A stretch of DNA of 64,000 bases. Origin: Callorhinchus milii. Taxonomy: Eukaryota. The notes beneath the pieces were generated by a model. The model was not told the origin of the DNA. It searched no databases and saw nothing but the letters and a program-made list of their open reading frames with translations. Location: the NCBI RefSeq assembly GCF_018977255.1, contig NW_024704743.1, forward strand, positions 104,906,001-104,970,000, in the 5' to 3' direction. Every line of letters begins with the position of its first letter. Within the stretch, counting starts at the first letter, position 1. The position numbers and the translations under genes were made by a program. Shown here piece by piece: positions 40,831 to 53,395 of the stretch.

Positions 40831-41861
40831 GTAATTCAGCCACCTGAGGGAATTGCACCCTTCCTTCCTCCCGACCGGAACTCAGTTTGGCTCAGTTAAT
40901 ACTGTAATAACACTCTCGTCTCATCAGGTAATAATGGATTTAAGCCCCATTATGGTATTTGAGCTCTTGGTCTAGGCTGACACTCCATTGCCGTTCTGGG
41001 GAAGCACTGTATTGTCAAAGGAACCTTGGTTTTGGTGTCTTATTATGAACTTAAAAAATGTTTTTGTTTCTTTACAAATGTATTTTAAAATTGATTTACT
41101 GTCTCACACAGAAATACTAGTACAATACAATATTATATTTGTATAGCACCTTTTGACATTGGGAGGATGTAAGAATGTTCCATCAATTTATTTTCTAGTC
41201 ACACAGCAGCAGATCCCTCAAACACTTTTGTCAACACATTAGTTCAGACTGAACACAGTTCTTTCCTTCTGGCTGGTGTCACGCTTCGTCTCAGAGCCCA
41301 GGGTTGATGTGAACAAGCTTGTAAATTACCAGCTTTAACTGACAGCTCAATATAACAAACAGCTGTTAAACATCTTCATTCTAAGTGGGATCATCTATCC
41401 CATTTCCCACTTACCTGCATGCACTTGAGTGAAGTTTGGCAAGTTACATATGAAGGCAGCAATTGAGGTAGCAAACATATGGTCTGGATCTGAGGCAATA
41501 AGAAGGACAATGGGCTAATGCACTCTGGCCAAATGGCCATCCAAATTGCACATCATTGAAACCTGCAGAAATTCATGTCCAGTCTTGAAGGAAGAAAACT
41601 ATTGCCTGAGTTATACTGGGAATTATTTTCCATGGAACATAGGGATACAATTTGCTTCTTGATGGGATGCTTTGATATAAAATTCCTGTTAGTTTATGCA
41701 AATTCCACTCCTTAATTAAATTGTCCTGGGGATCAGACTGATGTATTTTTGGTTATGGGAAGGAGTCACCATTTGTGTAACTTGTGTCCTGGCTAACAGT
41801 TCTCCCCCCAAAAACTGCAATTGTGGAACATTGCCATATGCAAATTAGCTACCATGATCAT

Positions 41862-42565
41862 CGTCAGGTTCGACCCCCAATTATCCTTCCTCCCCCACAT
41901 CCGGTCCTTCACCAGCACCGCTTTCTTGCACGTCTGATGCATCGCCCGTCTCTGCCAATATCTCTCCCCAAAAGTTGCTGAAACCCTGGTCCATGCTTTT
42001 GTCATCTCTCGGCTGGACTACTCGAACGCCCTCCTCACCAGTCTCCCATCCACTACCGTCCATAAAATCCAAATCATTCAAAACTCTGACTCCCGCATTC
42101 TCACCCGTCCGAAACTCCGCTCCTCAATCACCCCAGTCCTTGCCAGACTGCACTGGCTGCCTATCCCAGAGAGGATCAATTTCAAGATCCTCACCCTCGT
42201 ATTAAAGTCCCTGCACTGCTCTGCACCCCACTACCTCTCTGACCTCCTCTCTTCTCAAAACAGTACCCGTTGCCTTCGTTCCTCCGGGTCTGGCCTCCTC
42301 CTCGTCCCCCGAGTCCTCCACTCCACCCTTGGCAGCCATGCCTTCAGTCGCTATGCCCCGAGGCTCTGGAACTGCCTTCCTCACTCCCTTCATCTCTCCC
42401 TCCCTTCCCATTTTCAGGTCTCTGCTGAAGACCTTTCTTTTCGACCACGCCTTTGATCACCTTCCTCCCCCTCCCCCTGGCTCGGACCCGGGATCCGTTA
42501 TTGTAAAGCACTCTGAGATGCCGTCCGGCGTGGAGGGCGCTATATAAATCCAAGTTGTTGTTGTT
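41862..42565 (+). mobile_element. L2 LINE 3' fragment
   Basis: AFVISRLDYSNALL and HWLPIPERINFKIL on the + strand; L2 tail. Confidence 0.85.
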
Positions 42566-42656
42566 ATCTACAAAATACACAGTCACTGTATATATTTAAT
42601 AATTATATTATTCCAGAAAACACTGTGAAGCGTTTTAGGACATATCATGACATAAT

Positions 42657-44866
42657 ACAACAACAAAATTACATTTATAGAGCGCCTTTCATGTCAGGAG
42701 GAAGTCCCAAAGCACTGGACAGTCAGGGGTCGGAACCCAAGCATGGGGGAGGGGCGGGGTAGGGGTGAGGGAAGGCAGAGAGGTGGGAGGACGACCAAAG
42801 GCAGATCGAAAAGAAGGGCCTTGAGACTGGCCTTGAAGGAGGCAAGGGAGGAAGCGAGGCGTAGGGACCGTGGGATGGAGTTCCAGAGTGTGTGAGCAGA
42901 GAGGCTGAAAGCCTGGCCACCAATGATACGGGGGGTAGGGTGGGAGACATGGAGCAGACCGGAACCCGCTGAACAGAGGGAGCGGGCAGGTTGGTAGGGA
43001 GACAGCAGGTCAAAGAGGTAGGAGAGGGCAAGGCCATGGATGGACTTGAAAGTGAGGATGAGGATCTGAATTCGCATCTGAGGGATGCGGAGTCAATGGA
43101 GTCAGGCGAGGGTGGGAGTGATGGGATCACGGAGCCTGGTGCGCGAGAGTACATGAGCTGCAGAGTTTTGGATGATCTGCAGCTTGTGAAGGGAAGAGTT
43201 GGGAAGGCCGATGAGGAGGGAGTTTCCATAATCGAGTTTTGATGTGACGAATGCGTGGGTGAGGGTTTCAGCAGCCTGAGGGGTGAGACAGTGGCGGAGT
43301 CTGACAAGGTTGCGGAGGTGGTGGTAGGCAGTGCCAGTCATGGCGCAGTTGTGGGAGAGAAAGGATAGTTCAGGGTCAAACAAGACACCCAGGTTCCTGA
43401 CTAGCTTCATGAGGTTGAGTATGCAGCCGTGGAGGTTGATGCTGCCAGAGCCCGAGGAACAGAGGTGCTGGTGCGAGCCAATCAGGAGGACCTCGGTCTT
43501 GCTGAAGTTGAGTTGGAGAAAGTTGTCTCTTGTCCAGGACTTGATGTCGGACCGGCAGTCAGTCAGGACGCCAGTGTTCCTGGACTTGGGGGTCGAGGTA
43601 GAGAGATAGAGTTGAGTGTCATCCGCATACATGTGGAAATTTACCCCATGTCAGCGGATGATGTCACCAAGTAGAGGGTGAAGAGGAGGGGACCAAGGAC
43701 AGAGCCCTGAGGAACTCCGCACAAGACGGTGTAGGGGCTGGAGGAGAAGCCGTTTGCAGAGACGAAGTGGAGGCAGTGTGAAAGGTAGGACCTGAACCAA
43801 TCAAGGACAGAACCTTGAAGTTGAGGTGGGAGGAGAGGTGTAGAGGAGGATTGAATGGTTCATAGTGTCAAAGGCGGCGGAGAGGATGAGGAGGCAGAGG
43901 GAGCTCTGGTCGCATATGGTCAGGATGTCATTTGTGACCCTGACCAGAGCAGTTTACGGAAACCCAATTGGAGGGGTTCATAGAGGGAGTGGGAGGAGAG
44001 GAAAGAGCTGGGAGGCAATGACTCTCTCAAGGACCTTGGACAGGAAAAGGAGGTTTGAGATGGGCCAGTAGCTGGATAGCTGTGATGGGTCAAGGGAAGG
44101 TTTCTTCAAGGTGGGGGTGACAGTGGCTGTTTTGAGGGGGGTAGGAACAGTGCCGGATGACAAGGAGAGGTTGATGATGTCGGAGAGTAGTGGGGCGAGG
44201 AGGTGGAGCTGGGATTTATGGAGACGGGTGGGGATGACTTCCATGGAGCAGGTGGTGGACTTCATGGAGGATATGGTGGTGAAGACAGAGGAGGGGGTGA
44301 CAGGTTCAAAGGTGTGGTAGGAGGATGGGTAGTTGTCGGAGTGTGGGCGAGGGGTAGGGAGGGGGTGGAAGTTGGGAGGGCAGTGGCAGCTGAGCGGATT
44401 CCCTTGATTTTGGACTCAAGGAAGTCCAGCATTTTCTCACAGTGGGAGTCAGAGGAAAGAATCTGTGAGGCATGGCGGGGAGGGCAAAGGAGCCAGTTGG
44501 TGGTGGAGAACAGGAGCCTAGGGTTGCCTTTCGCCTCCAGGATTAAGGAATAGAAGTACAATTTGGCTGAGGCGAGAGCAGAGTGGTAGGTTTTGATGAG
44601 GTGCAGCCAGATGTGCCGGTGGACCGTTAGGCCGGATTTGAACCAGGTGCATTCGTAAGCCCGCACCTGGCTCTGAAGCGAGCAGAGGTGCTGGTGAACC
44701 AGGGTGAGGATCGGGAATAGGAGGCAGTTCGAGAGGTGAGGAGGGCAAGGACATTGAATGTGGTGGAGAGGGTGCTGTGCAGTAAGCGCAGGGAGTGGGT
44801 TGGTGCGAGAGGTGGGCCAGAGGGAGTTCAGAGGACTCCAGGGCAGCGGAGAGATTGCGGGGAGAT
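42657..44866 (-). mobile_element. Longest L2 LINE copy in the window (EN-RT linker, RT, 3' end); frameshifted
   Basis: Motifs KGNPRLLFSTTNWLL, SYWPISNLLFLSKVLERVI, MYADDTQLYLS and RNLGVLFDPELSF. Confidence 0.93.
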
Positions 44867-45129
44867 CAAAAAAGACACTGTATCAAATGTAAGGATTCGT
44901 ATTATCACTTGGATTCCTTATTAAGAATATAGGATTTTTTACAAATTAGATTCCACGAAGGAAATAGTGAAACTGTTGCAGTTTATACGCAACTACCATC
45001 AAAACTATCTTCAACAACCTCTCAGAGGACTGGACCAAAGTGGCCTTTATATAAGGGTGGCCTTTAAGTAAGGCTTTGTTGGTTTGCGAACAGGGTTATC
45101 TGGGCTGTTCCAAGATGGTTGTCAACAGG

Positions 45130-45392
45130 GGGTGCTTGTCTCTCTCCCCCCCACCTTTTGGAACTCAATCCCACAGTCCTTTTGTCTTGCTCCCTCCCTT
45201 GTCTCCTTCAAGGCACGTCTCAAGACCCTCCTCTTCAACTGCGCCTTCGGCCACTCTCCCACCCCTACCCTCCCTGTCTTCCACCTCTCCTGATACCATC
45301 CCCTGCTCAGATTCAAATCCCTGACTGTCCTATGCCTTGGGACATCCTCCCAACGTGAAAAGCACTGTACAAATGTAATTTGTTGTTGTTCT
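45130..45392 (+). mobile_element. L2 LINE 3' fragment
   Basis: FWNSIPQSFCL...FKARLKTLLF and the L2 tail. Confidence 0.85.
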
Positions 45393-46233
45393 TGTTGGAT
45401 ATGTTTGACTTGTATGTGGTTTCCTTTTCACTTTTACTTGGGCACAGGCACCAAGGACTCTTCCTGTACTCTACCCAAGTGATCTTTATGTGAGTGTACA
45501 CAGGCTTTGTGACCATGGGTGGCATCACAATCAAAATTGGTCATTTTTATAAATATACATTTCCTGCAGGTTTCATCAGACAATGATCAGGAATACAATC
45601 CCAAGCTGATTTTGCCCATCCTTAATCAATTGTATCTACACATTCCCCACACTTAAATCTTATCAAAGATTTTACTTTATAACAGAAAAGAAATATCATT
45701 GTTTCCATCCACAACACATACTGTATTCTTGTTAAATTGGTTCTCATTCAGATGTGTGAAGTGCTTTGAGACTTCCTCTTGATGTGAAAGGTGCTAGATA
45801 AATGTAAATTGTTGTTAATGTGTGTAAATTCATGTGTATTACTCCTAGCCAGTACAACAATCAAGATTAACTTGGTGAAGTAAAAGAAAAAAAGCTGCAA
45901 ATTATCATTTCAACAGTGCTGCAAATACCAGCACAATTGATTCCAATAGCCCATCCCTCCAACAATGCTGAGCATCCTCATCATTCTTCTCTGCACTGTT
46001 CATAAAGTCTGTTATGTCCTGGTGTCCAGAACCATATTCAGTAATTCAGGTGTAGACTGACCAGAGAAGTGTATAGTTTGAGTATGATTTTGGTGTTGTG
46101 CTTTGGATTCCTTAAACAGAGTGACCTCCCAGCTCCAACAGTCTCAGGTTCCTTCAGAAGTGATTGTATTTGAAGTTGTTCCCAAGTCTACTACAAGCTA
46201 AATACAACATTAAGCTCTTGGGTAAACATTCTA

Positions 46234-47525
46234 ACACAACAACAACAAGATTTCATTTATAGAGCACCTTTCACGTCGGGAGGACGTCCCAAGGCGCTGG
46301 GTCAGGACACGAGCAGGGGGGAAATGGTCAGGGTAAGAGGAGGGAAGGGAGGGAGCGAGGAGGGGGTAGAGAGTCGAGAGGGGAGCTGAAGGCACAGTCA
46401 AAGAGAAAGGTCCTGAGACCGGCCTTGAAGGAGGAAAGGGAGGAAGCAAGGCGAAGGGACTGGGGGATGGAGTTCCAGAGCCTAGGGGCTGAGAGGCTGA
46501 AGGCCCGGCCACTGATGGTAGGGCGGTTGGGGCGGGGTATGTGGAGCAGAGGAACGGAAGGTACGGGCAGGTAGGTAGGGGGATAGTAGGTCGGAGAGGT
46601 AGGAGGGAGCGAGGCCGTGAATGGCCTTGTAAGTGAGGATGAGGATCTTGAATTCGTTCCTCTGGGGGATGGGGAGCCAGTGGAGGCGAGCGAGGGTGGG
46701 AGTGATGTGGTCCCGAAGCCTGGTGCGGGACAGTACACGAGCTGCAGATTTCTGAATGACCTGCAGCTTGTGGAGGGAGGTGCCGGGAAGGCCGGCGAAG
46801 AGAGAGTTCCCATAGTCCAGCCTTGAGGTGATAAAGGCGTGGACCAGAGTTTCAGCAGCGTGAGGGGTGAGGTAGTGCCGTAGTCTGGCGATGGTTTGGA
46901 GGTGATGGAAGGTGGTGCCAGTTGTGGCGTGGATATGAGGAAGAAAGGACAGCTCAGGGTCGAACAGAACACCAAGGTTCCTGACTGGCTTTGAGAGGTG
47001 GAGAGTGCAGCCTTGGATGCTGATGCTGTCAGCGCCTGAGGTGCGGAGGCGCTGACGTGAGCCAATCAGGAGGGCCTCAGTTTTGCGCACGTTAAGCTGA
47101 AGAAAGTTGTCTCTCGTCCAGGACTCGATGTCAGACAGGCAGGCTGTCAGGACATCGGTGGTCGTGGAGTTGAGGGTAGAGGACGAGAGGTAGAGTTGGG
47201 TGTCATCCGCATGTCTGCAGATGATGTCACCAAGGGAGAGCATATAGAGGGTGAACAGGAGGGGACTGAGGACAGAGCCCTGAGTGACGCCACATGAGAC
47301 AGTGCGGGGGCTGGAGGAAAAGCTGTTTGTGGAAACAAAATGAAGACGGTGGGAGAGGTACGACCTAAACCACTCAAGGACAGGGCCTTGAAGGTTGAGG
47401 TGGGAGGACAAGCGGTGGAGGAGGATAGCGTGGTCGACCGTATCGAATGCAGTCGATAGGTCGAGGAGGACGAGGAGGCAGAGGGAGCCCTGGTTGCAGA
47501 TGGTCAAGATGTCATTGTCACCGTG
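46234..47525 (-). mobile_element. Young L2 LINE with a 341-aa open RT/C-terminal segment
   Basis: Motifs LLDLSTAFDTVDH, GVTQGSVLSPLLF and HADDTQLY (small deletion just before YADD). Confidence 0.93.
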
Positions 47526-48551
47526 ACAAGCATCTTAATACAAATGAATTTGAAGATGTAAAACCGCTGGTTGACTAACAGCCTAGTGACTAATTAACTT
47601 CCTGTGTCCCAGTTGTGACATGAGATTTTCCCACCTGAGAGCGACCATCACCATTTGTTTCCATAATTACTTTGATCTTAACTGCCCTCCAGCACGAGGA
47701 GACTAATTTGCAGCTATTCTGCTGAGACAAGTATCCTGCGCTTCCAACACACACTTGTAAGCAAGTATTTGCCAGTTCACCATATGTTTGAACAACAGTA
47801 ACTTTAATATAAAAGGGTAGGGAGAAAAGGTGTGAGAATGGCACTAAATGGATAGGTCTTTCAGACTGAACAGTCATGAGGGGCCAGCGTAGTGGCCTCC
47901 TCAGTTGTAATTGTTTATGGTTCTATGGTTCTACAGTCTATAAATCACTCTGTCCCAAATGCAAATAAAAGGAGATGGCCTTCTTTTAATAACCCTAAAA
48001 CCCTTGCATTTAATATAGCACTCACCGGGCTTCACAAGTACTTGCTGTGAACTGTAGTGAATGTGTACGTTGAGAGAAATGTGACAGCATCTACAGTGTA
48101 TAGGGCTGACACATCCGTGCATGTTTACCGGCACAGTTGAGGCAGAAGGTGCATTGTATCATCTGCTGAGTTAGATGTCTTTTTTCCCCCCAAGAGATGG
48201 AATGAGGACTCACCTCAGGACACAGTAGCAACAACAACTTGTACATATTCCAGGTAATGCCGCCAACAACAGGGCTGCCTTAGATTGCAGTTCACAATGG
48301 GATTTACCAATCAAGACTCAGAGCTGCTAATGGGGAACCAAAGACAGTATCAGGCAATATGTTTTAGCCACAAGATATACAGTCAATCCACTTTACAGTA
48401 TATCCTGTGAAGCACTTTGAGACATCTCAAAGACATGAAGGAGGTGCTATAACAAATGCAAGAATTATTATTATTTATTATTATGATTACTACGTCTTGT
48501 GCAACTTACAAGATCCCAGGTCAGAAATGGTGGAGTAGATTGGAATTATTA

Positions 48552-50105
48552 CAAAACAATATAAAATTACATTTGTAAAGCGCCTTTCACTCGGGAGGTA
48601 GTCCCAAGGCGCTGAACAGTCAGGGATTAGGACCTGAGCGGGGGGAGGGGCATTTGGAATCAGGAAGGGTGGAGGACAGAGAAGGTAGGAGGGTGGCTGA
48701 AGGCATGGTCAAAGAGGAGAGTCTTGAGGCGTGCCTTGAAGAAGGTAAGGGAGGGAGCGAGGCAAAGGGAATGTGGATGGAGTTCCAGAGGGTGGGAGCA
48801 GAGAGGCCGAAGACCCAACCGCTGATGGTGGGGTGCGCCGGCAGGGAACATGGAGCAGGTCATAGCCTGCTGAGCGGAGGGAGCAGACGGTTTGCCAAGG
48901 GGTTAGCAGGTCAGAGAGGTAGGAAGGAGCAAAGCCATGGAGGGCCTTGAAGGTGAGGATGAGAATTTTGAACTCAATTTCTGAGGGATGGGGAGTTTGT
49001 GGAGCCAGGCAAAGATGGATGTGATGGAGTCATGGAGCCTGGTGCAGGAGAGGGCAGAGTTCTGAATGATTTGCAGCCTGTGGAAGGAAGAGTTGGGTAA
49101 TGAATGCATGTATGAGGGTTTTGGCGGCCTGAGGGGTGAGGCAGTGGCGGTGTTGGGCAATATTGCGGAGTTATAATAATAATAATCCTTGCATTTGACA
49201 TAGCGCTTTCACGTCTTCTCGACGTCTCAAAGCGCTTTACAGAATAGAATGTAAAGTGAATTGACCGATTATTTGTGGGCAAAACGCGGCAGCCAATTGC
49301 ACACAGCAATGTCCCACAAACAGTCGTGGATTGAAAATGACCAATTTATCATTGTTTTGTTTCGGAGGGATTAATATTAGGTGTGTGGAGTAACGAAACT
49401 TGCCCAAGGTTTCGCCCTGCCTGGAATTGAACCCAGGTGTCCCGTTTGCAAGGAGAGTGCTCTAACCACTGAGCTACAGGACTCTACGGGGAGTCCAGTT
49501 GGGGGAAGGCGGAGCGATTCATGACATGGATGTGGTGGGGAAAGGACAGTTGAGGGTTGAACAAGTCGCTTAGGTTCCTAACTGGCTTGGTGAAGTGGAG
49601 TGTGCATCCCTGGATCCTGATGCTGCCAGTGCCTGAGGTGTAGAGGCGCTGGTGCGACCCAATCAGGAGAGCCTCGGTATTGCTGATGTTCAACTGTAGA
49701 AAGTTGGCTCTCATCCAGAACTTGATGTCTGACAGACAGTCTATCAGGACATCAGTGGTCCTGGGGTCGAAAGTGGAGACAGAGAGTTAGAGTTGGGTAT
49801 CATCCGCCTACATGTGGAAGTTGATTCCACGTTTGTGGATGATGTCTCCAAGAGGGAACACGTACAGGTTGAAGAAGAGAGGACCAAGAACAGAGCCCTG
49901 AGGAACTCCGCACGAGATGGTACAGGGGATGGAGGAGAAACCGTTTGTGGAGACAAAGTGCAGCTGGTGTGAAAGATAGGATCTGAACCATTCAAGAACT
50001 GAACCATGAAGGTTGAGGTGAGAGGAGAAGCGGTGGAGAAGGATTGAGTAGTCAACAGTGTCAAAGGTAGCAGAGAAGTCAAGGAGGATGAGGAGACAAC
50101 GGGAG
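48552..50105 (-). mobile_element. Degenerate L2 LINE split by a SINE insertion; abuts a truncated SINE at about 50105-50352(+)
   Basis: Motifs [26 protein letters not shown] and NFLQLN. Confidence 0.9.
49173..49487 (-). mobile_element. Full-length tRNA-derived SINE nested inside an L2 LINE
   Basis: Matches 559-883; the L2 sequence resumes on both sides. Confidence 0.9.
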
Positions 50106-52124
50106 TAGCAGTAAATAGGAACCTGGTTGTTAGTCAATTGGCAGATCGCTTTCCGGGGGTAGTAATCTATTAAAAAAAAACAATAATTTGGTCATTCAAT
50201 CCACGACTGTTTGTGGAACACTGGTGTGTTCAATTAGTTGATGCATTTCACCCACAAAATATACAGCCAATTCACTTTACAGTGTATTCTGTGAAGCATT
50301 TTGAGACTCCTCAAAGACATGATAAGTTGCTATATCAAATGCAAGGATTATTATCTATAACATGATGTGTATGATCCAGTGCGTTAAAGCAACTAATAAA
50401 GAACACTATGTAAGTCTTGTGTAAGAGAAGAATATTCTACTTCAGATGTACTGGTTCGTTGGTAACTAACTATGGGACATATATTCGTAAGCTACTCCAC
50501 GGACAATTCAAATCATTTGTTTCATAAATGGTGGCTTAGGAAGTGGTGCTGGAAGACTCAGAAACATTTTAAAGCAAAACATATGTCTTTTGTTATAGTA
50601 ACACGCACTGCATCCTCAGGAACAGAACTCTTGATACTCCCCAGTAATGAGTTAATTGCTTTTCACCAGTCAAATAAATTGTGTATCCTCTGAATCCATT
50701 GTTTATCTTCTGTTGACAGTGGAAAATAAAACAATGTGCAGCGCTGTGTTAGCAATGTGGCAGTGAGGGTTCTGGCATCAAGGAGAAAACTTTACTCTTA
50801 CAGGGAGCAGCTGCCACATGGACAATTACATGCCACAGACATAATTTGTATGTTGTGCTCATATAATTATAATGTGTATGTATCTGGAGAGAAAATACTG
50901 ACGCAATGATCCATTCACCCCAGAACAGAACAGGACAGGTCATGGCTTGCTCTCAAGTAAAATAATAATACTGATCCTTGCATTTGATACACAATACTGC
51001 CTTTCACAACAGGAGGACATCTCAAATCTATTCACAGGATATATTATAAATTGTAGTAACTTTGCATTTTGCAGGTGAATGTGACAGCCAATTTGTATAC
51101 AGCAATGTTCCACAACAGCGAAAAGGTGAGATTTTTTAAAATTGGGGGCCTTTGTTGGCCAATACACTGGGAGAAATTCCTTACTCTTTTCAAATAGGAT
51201 GGGATCTTAAAGTCCATCTGTAGCGACAAACAGGACCTCAGTTAAAAGTCTCATCCAAATGACAGCTGCAAAAATGCAGTGCACCCCAGCACTGTACTGG
51301 AATGTCAACCTAGAGTTGTGAGTTCGAAGTCCCCACTTGAGGCTTGAACTTACAACCTTCTGACTCAGGTGAGAGTGCTACCATATGAGCCAGGCTGAGA
51401 CCTATCAATACAATGCAATCGATCATCAATACTAGTAACTGCACAGAAAAATACAGGAATAATAAAAGCGAAGACCAATGGCAAAATATTATAAATAATT
51501 GATGGCTCTAAACTCTGGTTTAAACAGAAAATGTTGTAAATGCCTTTCCTTAATAAAATATTTATAGAGGAATTTTCCCATTAACATTTTTTTGGGTGGA
51601 AATATCAAAGTCACATTCAGAAATTAAAATTTATTTTTCAAGCACAATTTTAATCTTGAGAGCAAAATATCTTGCTAATAATACCTATAGTTAAAGTAAC
51701 AGTTTTGAAACATATTTAAGTTCTCAGTAATTTGTCTACTATTGATTGCAGACCATCAGTAAATCAAAATGTATTTTTGGAATTGAGATAAATTCAGATT
51801 TCAGCCAATTCAGAGTTTAATTTTTTTGAGGGATTATTACCCCTGGAAAGCAATTTGCAAATTGACTAACAACTGGGTTCCCACTTACTACAGTTTACTT
51901 ACTAAACTGTAATTTATACCGAGACCAGAAGATGTCTTGTTCAAAAGGGTTTTTATTTTAATCTGATATGAGCCGACAGTGGAAAGCAGTAGGTACAAAA
52001 ATACAGGACAACACACATAATAAAGAAATAATACTTGCCGTTCCTGGGAGCTGGCTGGGAGATACTTCCAATAATCCAACTGAACTCCTGTTTGGTTCCT
52101 CAAATTTTTTATTCCCCGCTTGCT

Positions 52125-52580
52125 TAAATTCAGAACTCTGCTGCCCACATGCCAAACTCCGTACCCACATCTCATCAGTACTGGTCAGACTCCACTGGCT
52201 CCCTATCACCGAATGGATTGATTTCAAGATCCTCACACTTGTGTTCAAATCCCTTCACTCTCTGGCACCTCCCTACCTCTCCGACCCCCTCACTCCCCAA
52301 TCCACCACCCGGCACCTCCGCTCAACTAGCACCAGCCTCCTGCTTGTCCCTCGCACCTTCCGCCCCACCATCGAAGGTTGCGCTTTCAGCCACTATGCCC
52401 CGAAACTTTGGAACACTCTCCCTCTATTCCTCCACCTTGCCCCCTCTCTCCCCTTTTCAAGTCCCAGCTGAAAACCTTCCTCTTCGACCGTCCACCTCCC
52501 CGCCGCCTCAGCTCGGAATCAGGCTCCGGCACTGAGATGCTACCCTGCGAGGAGGGCACTATATAACTGCATGTTGTTGT
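52125..52580 (+). mobile_element. L2 LINE 3' fragment (subfamily resembling 15133-16790)
   Basis: RLHWLPITEWIDFKILTLVFKSLHSLAP. Confidence 0.85.
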
Positions 52581-52717
52581 TAAATTTAGCAATCTTAAAT
52601 TAAAACTCTTAAACTTCTTTCCTATTGTCACAGTCATGAGCATTAATAGCGCCATTTTAGCTGTGAATGTTAAACAGATTAAGTGCCTCCAGTATCTCCT
52701 GTTTGCCTTTGTTTCAA

Positions 52718-53096
52718 GAACAACAACAACAAAATTACATTTCTAGAGCGCCTTTCACGTCGGGAGGACGTCCCAAAGTGTTGAACAGTCAGGTGTCGGG
52801 GCCCGAGCATGGGGGAGGGGTGGTGTTGGGGTGAGGGAAGGCAGAGAGGTGGAAGGAGACCAAAGGCATGGTCAAAGAGAAGGGTCTTGAGATTGGCCTT
52901 GAAGGAGGCAAGGGAGGAAGCGAGACGAAGGGACCATGGGATGGAGTTCCAGACTGTGGGGGCAGAGAGGCTGAAAGCCCGGCCACCGATGGTAGGGCAG
53001 GTCGGGTGGGAGACATGGAGCAGGCCAGAGCCCGATGAACGGAGGGAGTGAGCAGGTTGGTAGGGAGTCAGCAGGTCAGAGAGGTAGGAGGGGGCA
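52718..53096 (-). mobile_element. L2 LINE 3' fragment
   Basis: APSYLSDLLTPYQP...VWNSIP and the L2 tail. Confidence 0.88.
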
Positions 53097-53211
53097 GAAG
53101 AAGTGTTTTCAGATTGGCAAAGTTCCAATGCTGTCTTTCAATCAAAACGTGTGTAATAGTTAATCACCTTAGCCACTGTCCTTCTTTCCAGAACACATTA
53201 GCTCATTCATT

Positions 53212-53395
53212 TATAATTATATTAATCCTTGCCTTTGACACAGCGCCCCACCACATCCTCCAGACATCTCAAAGCGCCTCACAGAATACACTGCAAAGTG
53301 AACTGACCGCATGCCCCACAGGTGAAATATTTACATCCCAGCACTGCTGGGTAAACAGAGGCATGTGGAGTAGGGAAACTTGCCTATGTTTTTTC
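53212..53395 (-). mobile_element. Internally deleted SINE copy with a clustered A-to-G hypermutated 3' part
   Basis: Aligns by eye to the other SINE tails, with many plus-strand T-to-C changes (see findings). Confidence 0.8.

Noticed and set aside
46482..47507. Functional reverse transcriptase gene or retron-like system
   Set aside because: A 5'-truncated L2 with a deletion at the YADD motif and a 3' frameshift. All RT ORFs in the window are LINE debris.
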